The translations under genes were made by a program, and so were the position numbers. The notes under the pieces were generated by a model. The model worked only from the letters and a program-made list of their open reading frames with translations, was not told the origin of the DNA and searched no databases. This document shows positions 30,223-39,799 of a stretch of 64,000 bases of DNA, piece after piece (position 1 is the first letter of the stretch; each line of letters starts with the position of its first letter). Origin of the DNA: a virus; the IMG/VR virus record IMGVR_UViG_3300035039_000082, positions 39,999-103,998 of that record; one strand, written 5' to 3'.

Positions 30223-30755
30223 TGTTATTTAACTTTTCAGATTTCAAAGGACAGGATCCAAAAATTCATCCAAGTAAAAAATTGAAAATTGAACATTTAT
30301 TATATTTAACTGAAAAATATAATTTAGATAATTTTGTTGAAACAGGGACATATAAAGGGCAAACATTAAAAAGTTTATACCCTTATTATAATAATTTATA
30401 TTCAATTGAAATTAATAAAGATTTATTTGATATGAATATAGAAAAATTTAAGAATTATAAAAACGTTCATTTATATCTTGGGGATAGTGCTGAAATAATT
30501 AATGATGTAACTCCACTTGTTAAAGAATCAACATTATTTTGGTTAGATGCACATGAATCTATAACTGAAAATCCGATATTAAAAGAGTTAAAAACAATTA
30601 TAAATAATTGTTGTAATTATGTTATTGTTATCGATGATCTAAGATTATTTGATAATCGTAAACATTATCCAACTCGAAAAGATGTATTAGATGTATTAAA
30701 TTTATTTAATGTTGAATATTCTTGTGATGCATTTGTAATAACAAATCTTAATTAA
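30222..30755 (+). CDS. Class I SAM-dependent methyltransferase
   Basis: FVETGTYKG, YSIE, GDSAE, LFWLDAH, IDDLR. Confidence 0.8.
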   Translation: MLFNFSDFKGQDPKIHPSKKLKIEHLLYLTEKYNLDNFVETGTYKGQTLKSLYPYYNNLYSIEINKDLFDMNIEKFKNYKNVHLYLGDSAEIINDVTPLVKESTLFWLDAHESITENPILKELKTIINNCCNYVIVIDDLRLFDNRKHYPTRKDVLDVLNLFNVEYSCDAFVITNLN

Positions 30756-30791
30756 TTTAATTTTTTTGCTATTTTGAAATAAGGAGAAAAA

Positions 30792-31994
30792 ATGAATAAA
30801 ATATTAATAATGGGTGGTGATGGATTTTGTGGTTGGCCTACTGCTTTATATTTATCTAATAATGATTATGGTGTTACAATAGTAGATAATCTTTCAAGAA
30901 GAAAAATAGATATAGATTTAAATTGTAGTTCTTTAACTCCAATATATCATATTGAAGATAGAATTAGAGTTTGGAAAGAAATAACAGGGCATAAAATACA
31001 ATTTGAACAAATAAATATAGCTAATAATTATCTAAGATTATTACAATTGATAAAAGAAATAAAACCACAAACAATAATTCATTTTGCAGAACAAAGAGCG
31101 GCTCCATATTCAATGAAAAATAGTATATGTAAAAGATATACTGTTGATAATAATATTAATGCGACACATAATATATTAGATGCTATTATTGAATCAAAAC
31201 TAGATATTCATTTAGTTCATTTAGGTACAACTGGAGTATATGGATATAGTTCAGTAGATATGGAAATACCAGAAGGTTATTTAGATATTAAAGTAGATGT
31301 TGAAGGACAACAAAAAGAAATGACTATACCATATCCACCACAACCAGGTAGTATTTATCATATGACAAAAACAATGGATGCATTAATGTTTAGTTATTAT
31401 AATAAAACATTTGGTATAAAAATTACGGATTTACATCAAGGAATTGTATGGGGAACTCAAATAGAAGAAACTAAATTAGATAATAGATTAATTAATAGAT
31501 TCGATTACGAAGGTGATTATGGAACAGTTTTGAATAGATTTGTTATGCAAGCTGCTATAGGACATCCATTAACAGTTCATGGAACTGGTGGACAAACAAG
31601 AGCATTTATTAATATTAATGATACTGTAAAGTGTCTTAAAATTGCTGTTGATAACCCTCCAGAAATTGGTGAACGAGTTAAGATATTTAATCAAACAACT
31701 GAACAACTTAATATTTTAGAATTAGCTAAATTAATTTCTAAAATGACAAAATCAGAAATTCGATATTATAAAAACCCAAGAAAAGAAGATCCTGAAAATA
31801 ATTTAAAGATGAAATGTGATAATTTTAAAAATCTTGGATTGAATCCAATTACTTTAAATGAAGGATTACTTTCAGAAATATATGATATTGCTTATAAATA
31901 TAAAGATAATTGTGATAAAAATAAGATTATTTGTGAATCTGTTTGGACAGCTGATATGGAAATTGATCATATAGGATCAAAAAATCCAGTTTAA
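30792..31994 (+). CDS. sqdB: UDP-sulfoquinovose synthase
   Basis: GGDGFCGWPTAL, HFAEQRAAPYSM, HLGTTGVYG, YHMTK, TDLHQGIVWG, RFDYEGDYGTVLNRF, HPLTVHGTGGQTRAFI. Confidence 0.95.
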   Translation: MNKILIMGGDGFCGWPTALYLSNNDYGVTIVDNLSRRKIDIDLNCSSLTPIYHIEDRIRVWKEITGHKIQFEQINIANNYLRLLQLIKEIKPQTIIHFAEQRAAPYSMKNSICKRYTVDNNINATHNILDAIIESKLDIHLVHLGTTGVYGYSSVDMEIPEGYLDIKVDVEGQQKEMTIPYPPQPGSIYHMTKTMDALMFSYYNKTFGIKITDLHQGIVWGTQIEETKLDNRLINRFDYEGDYGTVLNRFVMQAAIGHPLTVHGTGGQTRAFININDTVKCLKIAVDNPPEIGERVKIFNQTTEQLNILELAKLISKMTKSEIRYYKNPRKEDPENNLKMKCDNFKNLGLNPITLNEGLLSEIYDIAYKYKDNCDKNKIICESVWTADMEIDHIGSKNPV

Positions 31995-32011
31995 TTTATA
32001 AGGAGGGTTAA

Positions 32012-32464
32012 ATGCTCTCAAATAGAAAACTATTTAATAATTTAGATGATGAATTAACACCTAAACAAAAATCTCATGCATTTCAATTAGGTGTTGAAGC
32101 TAATAAGAAAAGGCAAGAAGAATTAGAAAATGATCAAAAATTAGAACAACAAGAATTAGAACAACAAAAAGAAAAAGAAAGATTAGAAAAAGCTCAAGAA
32201 GAATTTGAGAAAGAAAAAGATAAAGAATTAATTAAGAATAAAACTGAAGAAATGAAAGAAGAAGATCCGGAATATAAAAAAGTAAAAACTAATAATAAAG
32301 TTGAAGAAATTGATTCTAAATTAGAAGAAAAACAATTAAAAGATCAAGTAGAAAAACAACAAACTCCAGAAGAAGAAAATAAACAAGAAGTTCAATCTGA
32401 ATTAAAATTATATAATAAGCTAACAACAAAATTAAATTTAATTTTTGAAAAATTTTTAAAATGA
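32012..32464 (+). CDS. Coiled-coil, E/K/Q-rich protein with MLSxxxLF N-terminus
   Basis: Starts MLSNRKLF. Confidence 0.65.
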   Translation: MLSNRKLFNNLDDELTPKQKSHAFQLGVEANKKRQEELENDQKLEQQELEQQKEKERLEKAQEEFEKEKDKELIKNKTEEMKEEDPEYKKVKTNNKVEEIDSKLEEKQLKDQVEKQQTPEEENKQEVQSELKLYNKLTTKLNLIFEKFLK

Positions 32465-32512
32465 ATTTTAATTCTTTCATAAATTATATATAAATATTAA
32501 AATAAAAAAGGA

Positions 32513-32734
32513 GTGATAAATGTGACTTTGGCTGAAGCTATATTCATAGGCGAACAAGTTACAATTAAAGATAATAATATTTATTTATCTTCAAATAATT
32601 TAAATTTAAAAGATGTATTTAAAGCTATAGAAATATTAACATTTTGTTGTAAAGAATTACAATATTCACATAAATGTATTTCATGTATGAATAAAGAATA
32701 TCAAAAAAATGAGAAAGAAAAGAATTTATTATAA
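32513..32734 (+). CDS. Small hypothetical protein
   Basis: Promoter motif and RBS aaggag upstream. Confidence 0.5.
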   Translation: MINVTLAEAIFIGEQVTIKDNNIYLSSNNLNLKDVFKAIEILTFCCKELQYSHKCISCMNKEYQKNEKEKNLL

Positions 32735-33086
32735 AGGTAAACGAGTTTCAAAAGGCGAAAATGAGATAATTATATTTTTAAATGAAACAAAAATATATTT
32801 TGAAAAAGAAAAATCTTTTGAAAAATGTTTATCATTAAAAGGGAATAAATTAAGATTTGATTTTTGGTTACCTGAATATAATACATTAATTGAATTTGAT
32901 GGATTGCATCATTTTAAACCAGTAAATAAATATCGCCGAGCACAAAAAACTCACAATAGTACAAAGATAAATGATGAAATTAAAAATTCATTTTGTCAAG
33001 AAAATAATATTAATTTAATTAGAATATCTTATAAAGATATTGAATATATATCACTTTTAATTCCTTATTATTTATTTAATTATTAA
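32709..33086 (+). CDS. DUF559/Vsr-like endonuclease domain protein
   Basis: LRFDF.LP...LIEFDGLHHF...DEIKN.FC..NNI.LIRI. Confidence 0.8.
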   Translation: MRKKRIYYKGKRVSKGENEIIIFLNETKIYFEKEKSFEKCLSLKGNKLRFDFWLPEYNTLIEFDGLHHFKPVNKYRRAQKTHNSTKINDEIKNSFCQENNINLIRISYKDIEYISLLIPYYLFNY

Positions 33087-33109
33087 CATTTTTTTAAAGG
33101 ATTTTTCGA

Positions 33110-33556
33110 ATGCCAACATATAAAAATATTTCACAAGAATCTGTTTCAGGCATATTTACTACAGAATATTTTCATAGAACTGTATTACCTCAAAAAACAG
33201 TTGAGACATATAGATATTATGATAATGAAAATTTAGAAAAAACATCAGATGAACCTTATTTTAATCCTGTTTTAAGTTTAACCAATTTAATTTTAGATGA
33301 CGCGGCAGATTCAGAAGAAATTGTAATTTTAGAAGATTGTAAAAAACTTGAAATATTAAATATATCTGATAATTTATTATATCTTTATTTGCAATCTATT
33401 GAAAATACTCCTCCTATGATTATTTCAGCTGGTATGTCTTTTGATTTTGAAGATTTGTTTAGAAGATTTACAAAAATTATTTTAAAAGCATCTGGTACAA
33501 TTTCTCTTAATACAGTTTTTATTTCACAATTATCTAAAAAAGAGTTTATTTATTAA
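33110..33556 (+). CDS. Hypothetical protein
   Basis: 148-aa ORF. Confidence 0.6.
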   Translation: MPTYKNISQESVSGIFTTEYFHRTVLPQKTVETYRYYDNENLEKTSDEPYFNPVLSLTNLILDDAADSEEIVILEDCKKLEILNISDNLLYLYLQSIENTPPMIISAGMSFDFEDLFRRFTKIILKASGTISLNTVFISQLSKKEFIY

Positions 33557-33585
33557 GGATAATATTATATAGGAGTTTAATTATT

Positions 33586-33810
33586 ATGTTAAAATCAATT
33601 ATATCAAAAAAAGAGAAACTTGAAAATTTAAATAAAAAATTTGGTGAATTAGATTATTATTATCCTTGTTTTATTGATAATAAATTTGCATTATTTACTG
33701 AAACTGAATTAAATAATGCAATTAATAGAGGGCAAAAAAATAAAGAAGAATATTTACCAAGAATTGAAAAGAATTTAAAAAAGATAAAAATAAAGAGAAT
33801 AAAAAAATGA
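33586..33810 (+). CDS. Small protein, tandem paralog 1
   Basis: YYPCFIDNKFALFT...AINRG...LPR. Confidence 0.6.
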   Translation: MLKSIISKKEKLENLNKKFGELDYYYPCFIDNKFALFTETELNNAINRGQKNKEEYLPRIEKNLKKIKIKRIKK

Positions 33811-34013
33811 GATCACAAATAAATACTTTAGAAAAAATTAAAAAAAATTCTGAAGATATTAATTCTTCATATTATTTTCCTTGTTTTATTGATAAAGGAT
33901 TTGCATTATTTACAAAAAATCAATTAAGTGTTGCAATAAATCGAGGAAGAAAAAGAGAAGATTTATTACCTCGGCAAAATTGGTTATCTAAATTATTTTC
34001 AAAAATTTTATGA
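33807..34013 (+). CDS. Small protein, tandem paralog 2
   Basis: YFPCFIDKGFALFT...AINRG...LPR. Confidence 0.6.
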   Translation: MRSQINTLEKIKKNSEDINSSYYFPCFIDKGFALFTKNQLSVAINRGRKREDLLPRQNWLSKLFSKIL

Positions 34014-34276
34014 AAAATAATTTAGAATTTTTCCCAACAGATCAAGAATTAAATAAGTTATTAAATGAATTAAATAAAATATCAAACGAAATTTGGTTTA
34101 TAGATTTTAAATGGATAAAGATTAATCGAGTTTTTGCCGATCCAAAAAGAATTTTAACAGCGACAATTTCTAAATTAATTAATGATAAGAAACAAATAGA
34201 ATATCGAGCAAATGATATTTTAGAAATAAAATATTGTTTACAAGGAATTATTCAGCAAATTAAATATAAAAAATAA
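34010..34276 (+). CDS. Small hypothetical protein
   Basis: ATGA overlap with previous ORF. Confidence 0.55.
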   Translation: MKNNLEFFPTDQELNKLLNELNKISNEIWFIDFKWIKINRVFADPKRILTATISKLINDKKQIEYRANDILEIKYCLQGIIQQIKYKK

Positions 34277-34297
34277 TCTATTAAGGAGAATTTTATT

Positions 34298-34951
34298 ATG
34301 GCTGAGATTGTTACACCAACAAGCCAAGAATTATTTCCTGTCCCACATTCACATGTAAATTATACTTTTATTGCATCGACTGTTCTTGAAGAATATAGAA
34401 CAACTAGATATCTTAATCGTATGATAAATATGTTTGGTCAGGATTGTATTATAAAAGGATTAGAAGTTACATCAATCAATATTACAAGTAATGACTTATT
34501 AGTAAATATTAATAAAGGAACATTAATACAAGATTCAACAGTTATTAATATTTCAAATAATTTTGATAAAACAATTACTGGAATTTCTGCCGCTTCACAA
34601 ATTAATTCTGACTATATTGTGGTAGTTTATACATCTTTTCAATTTCAATGGCCTCAATCTGTACCAACATCAAATCCTAATACATTTTCGATTAGTATTG
34701 GTATTTTAGATACTAATATTAATTTAATTCATTCTGGAGATCCATTAAGTACACCTTTAGTTTTATATAATTCTAATATAAATAGAGTAGTTATATATGC
34801 GGCAAATATAACAGAATTGGAAAATATTTTAAGTGAAGTTCAAATTGGCGCTTATACATATAATATTAGAGCTAATAGACAAGGTGGATTAGACTTTGAT
34901 GGTTATAATGATTTAAGTTTATTAAATCCAGATGGTGGTATAATTACTTAA
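34298..34951 (+). CDS. Putative virion structural protein, paralog family A
   Basis: IIKGLEV..G.LIQD pattern and DGG.IT end shared with 34974 and 36647; beta-rich S/T/N composition. Confidence 0.5.
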   Translation: MAEIVTPTSQELFPVPHSHVNYTFIASTVLEEYRTTRYLNRMINMFGQDCIIKGLEVTSINITSNDLLVNINKGTLIQDSTVINISNNFDKTITGISAASQINSDYIVVVYTSFQFQWPQSVPTSNPNTFSISIGILDTNINLIHSGDPLSTPLVLYNSNINRVVIYAANITELENILSEVQIGAYTYNIRANRQGGLDFDGYNDLSLLNPDGGIIT

Positions 34952-34973
34952 TATTAAAGGAGAATTAAAAATA

Positions 34974-35663
34974 ATGTCAATTACAAATTATACACCTACC
35001 CAAGAAATTATTTTTGAACCATATTCACAAAAATATTTTTCATTTTTTGATGATTCTAAAGTAAATTATTATATAACACCAGAATTTGGTAAACTTACTG
35101 ATTTAGTTGGAAATAATATTATTTTAGAAGGATTTGAAATATCAGGTGTAAGTAGAACAAATACAAGTATTTCATGTACTGTTGGATTAGGTCGATTAAT
35201 TATAAATAATACTTATATTGAAGTAGCATCTTCGACTAATATTACTTATTCACAAGCTAATGTATTTGATGATAGTGGATTTTTTGTATTATCTGCAAGA
35301 TTTATTAATTATAATACTTTAAGAAAAAATGAATTAACGTTACATTTAACTTATTTCACATCAGGAAATGTTTCTTTTAATGATTTTGATACTTCTAAAA
35401 ATGCGATTATTTTAGGCGTTTTTAATTTTGAAAAAACAGGTACTAATATTACAAGTGTATCATTAACTGAATCTGGTAGTATAACTTTAGATGGAGTTTC
35501 ATTTACAATAAGAGATACAGAATTATCTTCTGCTGAAACTATTATTGATGGTAATTTAGTAGATTATGAAGAAATGTCTATACCTTCTGGTAATAATAAT
35601 TTAAATGAAATTATAGAATTATTAAAAACTAATGGTGGAATTTCTCCTATAACTATTACATAA
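34974..35663 (+). CDS. Putative virion structural protein, paralog family A
   Basis: IILEGFEI..GRLII; IIDG near C-terminus. Confidence 0.5.
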   Translation: MSITNYTPTQEIIFEPYSQKYFSFFDDSKVNYYITPEFGKLTDLVGNNIILEGFEISGVSRTNTSISCTVGLGRLIINNTYIEVASSTNITYSQANVFDDSGFFVLSARFINYNTLRKNELTLHLTYFTSGNVSFNDFDTSKNAIILGVFNFEKTGTNITSVSLTESGSITLDGVSFTIRDTELSSAETIIDGNLVDYEEMSIPSGNNNLNEIIELLKTNGGISPITIT

Positions 35664-35677
35664 GGAGATTTTTTAAA

Positions 35678-35896
35678 ATGTTATCAAATTATAACTTGTA
35701 CATTTTTGAGAATCCTGCATTAATTAATGCAGCTAAACAAGCTGCTGTTTGGGGGATATCTTCTGGATTAGCTTCTAAATTAACATCAGAAAAACCGGCA
35801 ACGAAAGAACAGAAAAAGAAAAATTTAAAGAATTTAGCAATATCTGTATTAGCTGGAGCTGGAGCAGGTGCTATTGGTTCTAAAATATCTGAATAA
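35678..35896 (+). CDS. Small Gly/Ala-rich protein with MLSxxxLY N-terminus
   Basis: MLSNYNLY; LAGAGAGAIG. Confidence 0.55.
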   Translation: MLSNYNLYIFENPALINAAKQAAVWGISSGLASKLTSEKPATKEQKKKNLKNLAISVLAGAGAGAIGSKISE

Positions 35897-35907
35897 AAGA
35901 GATTATC

Positions 35908-36645
35908 ATGGGCGTATATACATTTATACCAGTGAGATTAAATTCAAAAAGATTTCCACGAAAACCTTTATATAAAATTTTTGGTAAACCTTTAATACAA
36001 CATGTTTATAATAATTTTTATAATAGTATATTTAATGTTAATTATATTCTTACTCCTGACTTTGAAATTTATAAATACTGTAAATTTAATAATATGCCAG
36101 TAATTTTAAATTCAAATAAAAATATTAAATGTGGAACTGATCGAGTAGCTGAAGCGGCAAAAACATTAAATTTATGCGATGATGATATAATTATAAATAT
36201 TCAAGGTGATTTACCATTTGTAAATACTGTTGATTTAACAACTATTGCATATAATTTTGTAGAAAATGAAAATTTATATTGGCTAACTATTTTACAAAAA
36301 TTAAAAGAAGCTAATATTAATAATATTAATACTGTTAAAGCGATTTGTAAAAAGAAAAATCAAAATGAATATATTAAAATTATTAATTTTAAAAGATTAT
36401 TAGATAATTCTGATTTTAATTATGATATATTTCATCATGTGGGTATATATGCTTTTCGAAATAATTTTTTACAAATATTTTATAATTTAAATCAAACAAT
36501 AAATGAAAAAAAATATTCTTTAGAACAATTAAGAGGTATTGATAACAATTATAATATATATGGAATTTTTTCTGATTTTAATTATAAAAGTATAGATACA
36601 CCTGAAGATATTAATTTAATTAAAAATATTAATAAAGAGGAATAA
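35908..36645 (+). CDS. kdsB: CMP-Kdo synthetase-like cytidylyltransferase
   Basis: IPVRLNSKRFPRKPL, CGTDRVAEA, INIQGDLP, HVGIYAF, LEQLR, IDTPED. Confidence 0.9.
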   Translation: MGVYTFIPVRLNSKRFPRKPLYKIFGKPLIQHVYNNFYNSIFNVNYILTPDFEIYKYCKFNNMPVILNSNKNIKCGTDRVAEAAKTLNLCDDDIIINIQGDLPFVNTVDLTTIAYNFVENENLYWLTILQKLKEANINNINTVKAICKKKNQNEYIKIINFKRLLDNSDFNYDIFHHVGIYAFRNNFLQIFYNLNQTINEKKYSLEQLRGIDNNYNIYGIFSDFNYKSIDTPEDINLIKNINKEE

Positions 36646-36646
36646 T

Positions 36647-37513
36647 ATGACTACTGAAATAGCAAGAATAGCTATAGATCCTTATGGTATTCAAACTGAT
36701 CATAGTACTGCTAGTAGTAAAAGTATATTTAAAGAACAAAATTTAAGGTCAGGAACAATATTATCAAAAGAATTAATTAAATTAATTTCAATATTTGATA
36801 ATAATACAATATTAAAAGGATTAACAATTAATAATATTTGGAGATCAAATAGTAATAGAACTTTAAATATTAGTTTAAATATTGGTAAAGTTTTTCAAGA
36901 TAATACATTTATTGATTTGCAATCTATTCCAAATATTTCTATTGATATATTTAATGAATATTCAATTTCGTCAATTGATATTACAGATAATTATTTTGTA
37001 ATTAGTGGTGATCATGTTGATGAATTTCCATCTGGAAAAATTTTTGGGATATTTAATTCAACAGAAAGCTCTTATAATCATACTAATTGGGTAGTTTCAA
37101 GTTCAGAATTATCAGGTGGAAATACAATAATTTCAACAGTACAAAATTTATCGATAGATAATTCAACTGGAGAAATTATTAATGATAATTTTCCAGATAA
37201 TAATTCAATAGTTGGTAATATATTACTTACATTAAAATATCAATATAATAAAAATATTACTGGTAATTCTTTAGAAGTTGCACCAGTATATATTACATCA
37301 GATTATACATTTTATCCAAATTTTTCAAAAAATTCTAATAAAATTATTTGTGGAATAGTTTCTATTATTAAAGATTTAGACGATTTTATTATAACCCCAA
37401 CTGTATATAAAATTGATGATTCACCAATTATTTTTAAATTATATAATCAAGAATTTACTAATCATAATAAAACAAAAGTAGTTGATATGTTAGATGGTAG
37501 TGTAATTACTTAA
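36647..37513 (+). CDS. Putative virion structural protein, paralog family A
   Basis: ILKGLTI..GKVFQD; ends MLDGSVIT. Confidence 0.5.
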   Translation: MTTEIARIAIDPYGIQTDHSTASSKSIFKEQNLRSGTILSKELIKLISIFDNNTILKGLTINNIWRSNSNRTLNISLNIGKVFQDNTFIDLQSIPNISIDIFNEYSISSIDITDNYFVISGDHVDEFPSGKIFGIFNSTESSYNHTNWVVSSSELSGGNTIISTVQNLSIDNSTGEIINDNFPDNNSIVGNILLTLKYQYNKNITGNSLEVAPVYITSDYTFYPNFSKNSNKIICGIVSIIKDLDDFIITPTVYKIDDSPIIFKLYNQEFTNHNKTKVVDMLDGSVIT

Positions 37514-37540
37514 AAACTTATAAAAAAGGAGAATTTTATT

Positions 37541-37918
37541 TTGGAAATATTAACTAAGAAATATTGGAATGCAGTATTATCTAAATTAATTGAAACATTC
37601 ATTTCAGTTAAACTTTGGATAATTGTTTTAGCATCTTTTTTTGCTTTTAAATTAATATATTTGTTTATTGAAATAAAAGATGTTATTTTAACATTTGCTA
37701 TTGATCCACATTTAGATATTAATAATAATGAAATGTTAAGTATTCTTACTACTTGGAGTAAATCTCTTTTAGATATAACATTTGCAATGTTTGCAAGTGT
37801 TATTGTTGTTATTGTATTATCGCGTGAGGTTTTTAAACATGCAAAGATTAGTAAGAATTATGAATTTGGATGTGAAAAAGATCATACATCAAAAGACATT
37901 AAAGATGAAATGGTTTAA
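37541..37918 (+). CDS. Membrane protein with two TM helices (holin-like candidate)
   Basis: Two hydrophobic segments, charged C-terminus. Confidence 0.4.
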   Translation: MEILTKKYWNAVLSKLIETFISVKLWIIVLASFFAFKLIYLFIEIKDVILTFAIDPHLDINNNEMLSILTTWSKSLLDITFAMFASVIVVIVLSREVFKHAKISKNYEFGCEKDHTSKDIKDEMV

Positions 37919-37921
37919 AAA

Positions 37922-38242
37922 ATGGATATTAATTTAACTGCGATTGTAGGAGTATTAGGAGTATTAGCTGCATTATTTTTTGGATTTAAAGGTAAGTTAT
38001 CTGGTATTTTATCGGCAAAAAGAGATATTCATAAAAAAGAACAAACTAAAATTGAAAAAGAAGTTGATATAGTTAAAAAAGATATTATTAAAAAAGAAGA
38101 AGAAATAAAAAAATTAGAAGAGAAATCTAAAAAAGCTGAAGAAGTAATTCAAAAAATTGCCGCTTCCAAAAATGAAGAAGTAAAAAAAATTCTTAAAGAA
38201 GAAGATACTAAAAAGTTAATTGATGAATTTAATAAATGGTAA
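37922..38242 (+). CDS. N-terminal TM plus coiled-coil protein (i-spanin-like candidate)
   Basis: AIVGVLGVLAALFFGF then a K/E coiled coil. Confidence 0.4.
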   Translation: MDINLTAIVGVLGVLAALFFGFKGKLSGILSAKRDIHKKEQTKIEKEVDIVKKDIIKKEEEIKKLEEKSKKAEEVIQKIAASKNEEVKKILKEEDTKKLIDEFNKW

Positions 38243-38274
38243 TAAAATTTTAATAAAAAAAGGAGATTTTTAAA

Positions 38275-38580
38275 ATGTCAAAAACATTACATAACTCAGA
38301 TATTTCTGGTGCAAAGAAAAATGTAAAAGATATTGAAGTATTTGGTAATGGAGATCTTTTTCAATTATTATCCAAAGCCAGTAGTGAACAAGAAGGATGG
38401 ATGAAATCAACTAAAGCTATGGAAATTGAAAATATTGGATGTGTAGTTCAAGTTACTACTCAACAAATGAATCCAGATGGTTCTTATTCAATAGCTGAAG
38501 CTCTTACATTTGTACCTGATGTTTGTGTTATTGACGATATTAATAATGGACGAAAATTAGTTGATAGAGATTTAATATAA
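38275..38580 (+). CDS. Hypothetical protein
   Basis: RBS aaggag; GWMKSTKAMEI...GCVVQVTTQQ. Confidence 0.65.
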   Translation: MSKTLHNSDISGAKKNVKDIEVFGNGDLFQLLSKASSEQEGWMKSTKAMEIENIGCVVQVTTQQMNPDGSYSIAEALTFVPDVCVIDDINNGRKLVDRDLI

Positions 38581-38585
38581 CTATT

Positions 38586-38921
38586 ATGTATACCTGCTAT
38601 TTTCACAGATACTTTAAATTAAATTTAGAAAATGGCGTAAGTATTTGTGCAAAATCTCCTCCTAATTTCATTGGACGTGTTTACAAAGATTTAGCTCCTC
38701 CATGGGAATTAATAAAGAATCTTAAAGAAACAGGCAATGAACAACAATATGTTGAAAATTATTATAAGAAAGTATTATATCAATTAGATCCGAAAAAAGT
38801 TTATCAGGATTTGAAAGATAATATAATCTTGTGTTATGAGAGTCCTGAGAAATTTTGTCATCGACATATAATATCTTATTGGTTAAATAATGAGTTAGGA
38901 TTACAAATATCGGAGTATTAA
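38586..38921 (+). CDS. DUF488-like protein
   Basis: LAPPWEL, ILCYE.P.KFCHRH. Confidence 0.75.
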   Translation: MYTCYFHRYFKLNLENGVSICAKSPPNFIGRVYKDLAPPWELIKNLKETGNEQQYVENYYKKVLYQLDPKKVYQDLKDNIILCYESPEKFCHRHIISYWLNNELGLQISEY

Positions 38922-38925
38922 TAAT

Positions 38926-39453
38926 TTGAAAAAATATAAACAATATATAATTTACAGTACAATTATTATTTTAAGTTTATTTATTTTTGGGTGTAGTGGA
39001 AAAGAGATTCAACCTATTACAATTCCTAAAGCGAATTTTGAAAAAACTGAAAAATTTGTAATTGAAGAATATATTAATAAACCAGAAAGACCAGATTTAC
39101 AAACATATGATGAATTATTTAATGAGGTACAAGATCCTGAAAAGATTCATCATTTTGTATTTGATAAGTATGAATTTGCTAAAATAGTTGCATTAAGTAA
39201 ATCATTTGATAGTCAAAAAGAAATGATAGATCAATTATCTATTATTATAAATTTAAAAATAGATGAAATTAATGCATTAAAAGAATTAATTGCAAGTAAA
39301 GAAATTTTAGCAGAACATATGGCTATATTGTATGCAAATGAACAAAATATACGAAAAGAAGAAAACCAAACGTATAAAATACAAAGACTAACAGATAAAG
39401 TTTTTATGTTTATTCAATCTGGTGTTATAGTTGCATTAGCTTTAGCTTTATAA
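38926..39453 (+). CDS. Lipoprotein with C-terminal hydrophobic tail (o-spanin-like candidate)
   Basis: Signal peptide ending LFIFG-CSG (lipobox-like); coiled-coil body. Confidence 0.5.
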   Translation: MKKYKQYIIYSTIIILSLFIFGCSGKEIQPITIPKANFEKTEKFVIEEYINKPERPDLQTYDELFNEVQDPEKIHHFVFDKYEFAKIVALSKSFDSQKEMIDQLSIIINLKIDEINALKELIASKEILAEHMAILYANEQNIRKEENQTYKIQRLTDKVFMFIQSGVIVALALAL

Positions 39454-39514
39454 TATATTTTTGAAAACGACAAGATTTTTCATATTCTCAAATTTTATAT
39501 ATAAATTATATAAA

Positions 39515-39750
39515 CAAGTAGTTATGTTAAGCTATTAAATTTTTTTATAACCTTTTAAAAATGTTCTTTATTTTTCGTTTGGGTTTGGTTGTAAATACCT
39601 GTCTGTGATAAGCATTATTAGTTTGACATAACTACTATGAATTGATAGCAAATTATTCCTAGAGAATATTCTTAATAGGAAGGCTATGTAATTCATGTTG
39701 TTCTCCTGCCTTTCCCAGATATTTTATATTTGGGAAAGGCGAACAATAAA
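39515..39750 (+). ncRNA. Candidate structured RNA A
   Basis: Promoter motif ~39480-39505; stems gtagttatgttaa/ttgacataactac, atgaatt/aattcat, ttccta/taggaa; terminal hairpin gcctttccca/tgggaaaggc. Confidence 0.55.
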
Positions 39751-39799
39751 AATAATTTTTTGAGGATTCAAAAAAATTATATATAAATATATAAAGTAT

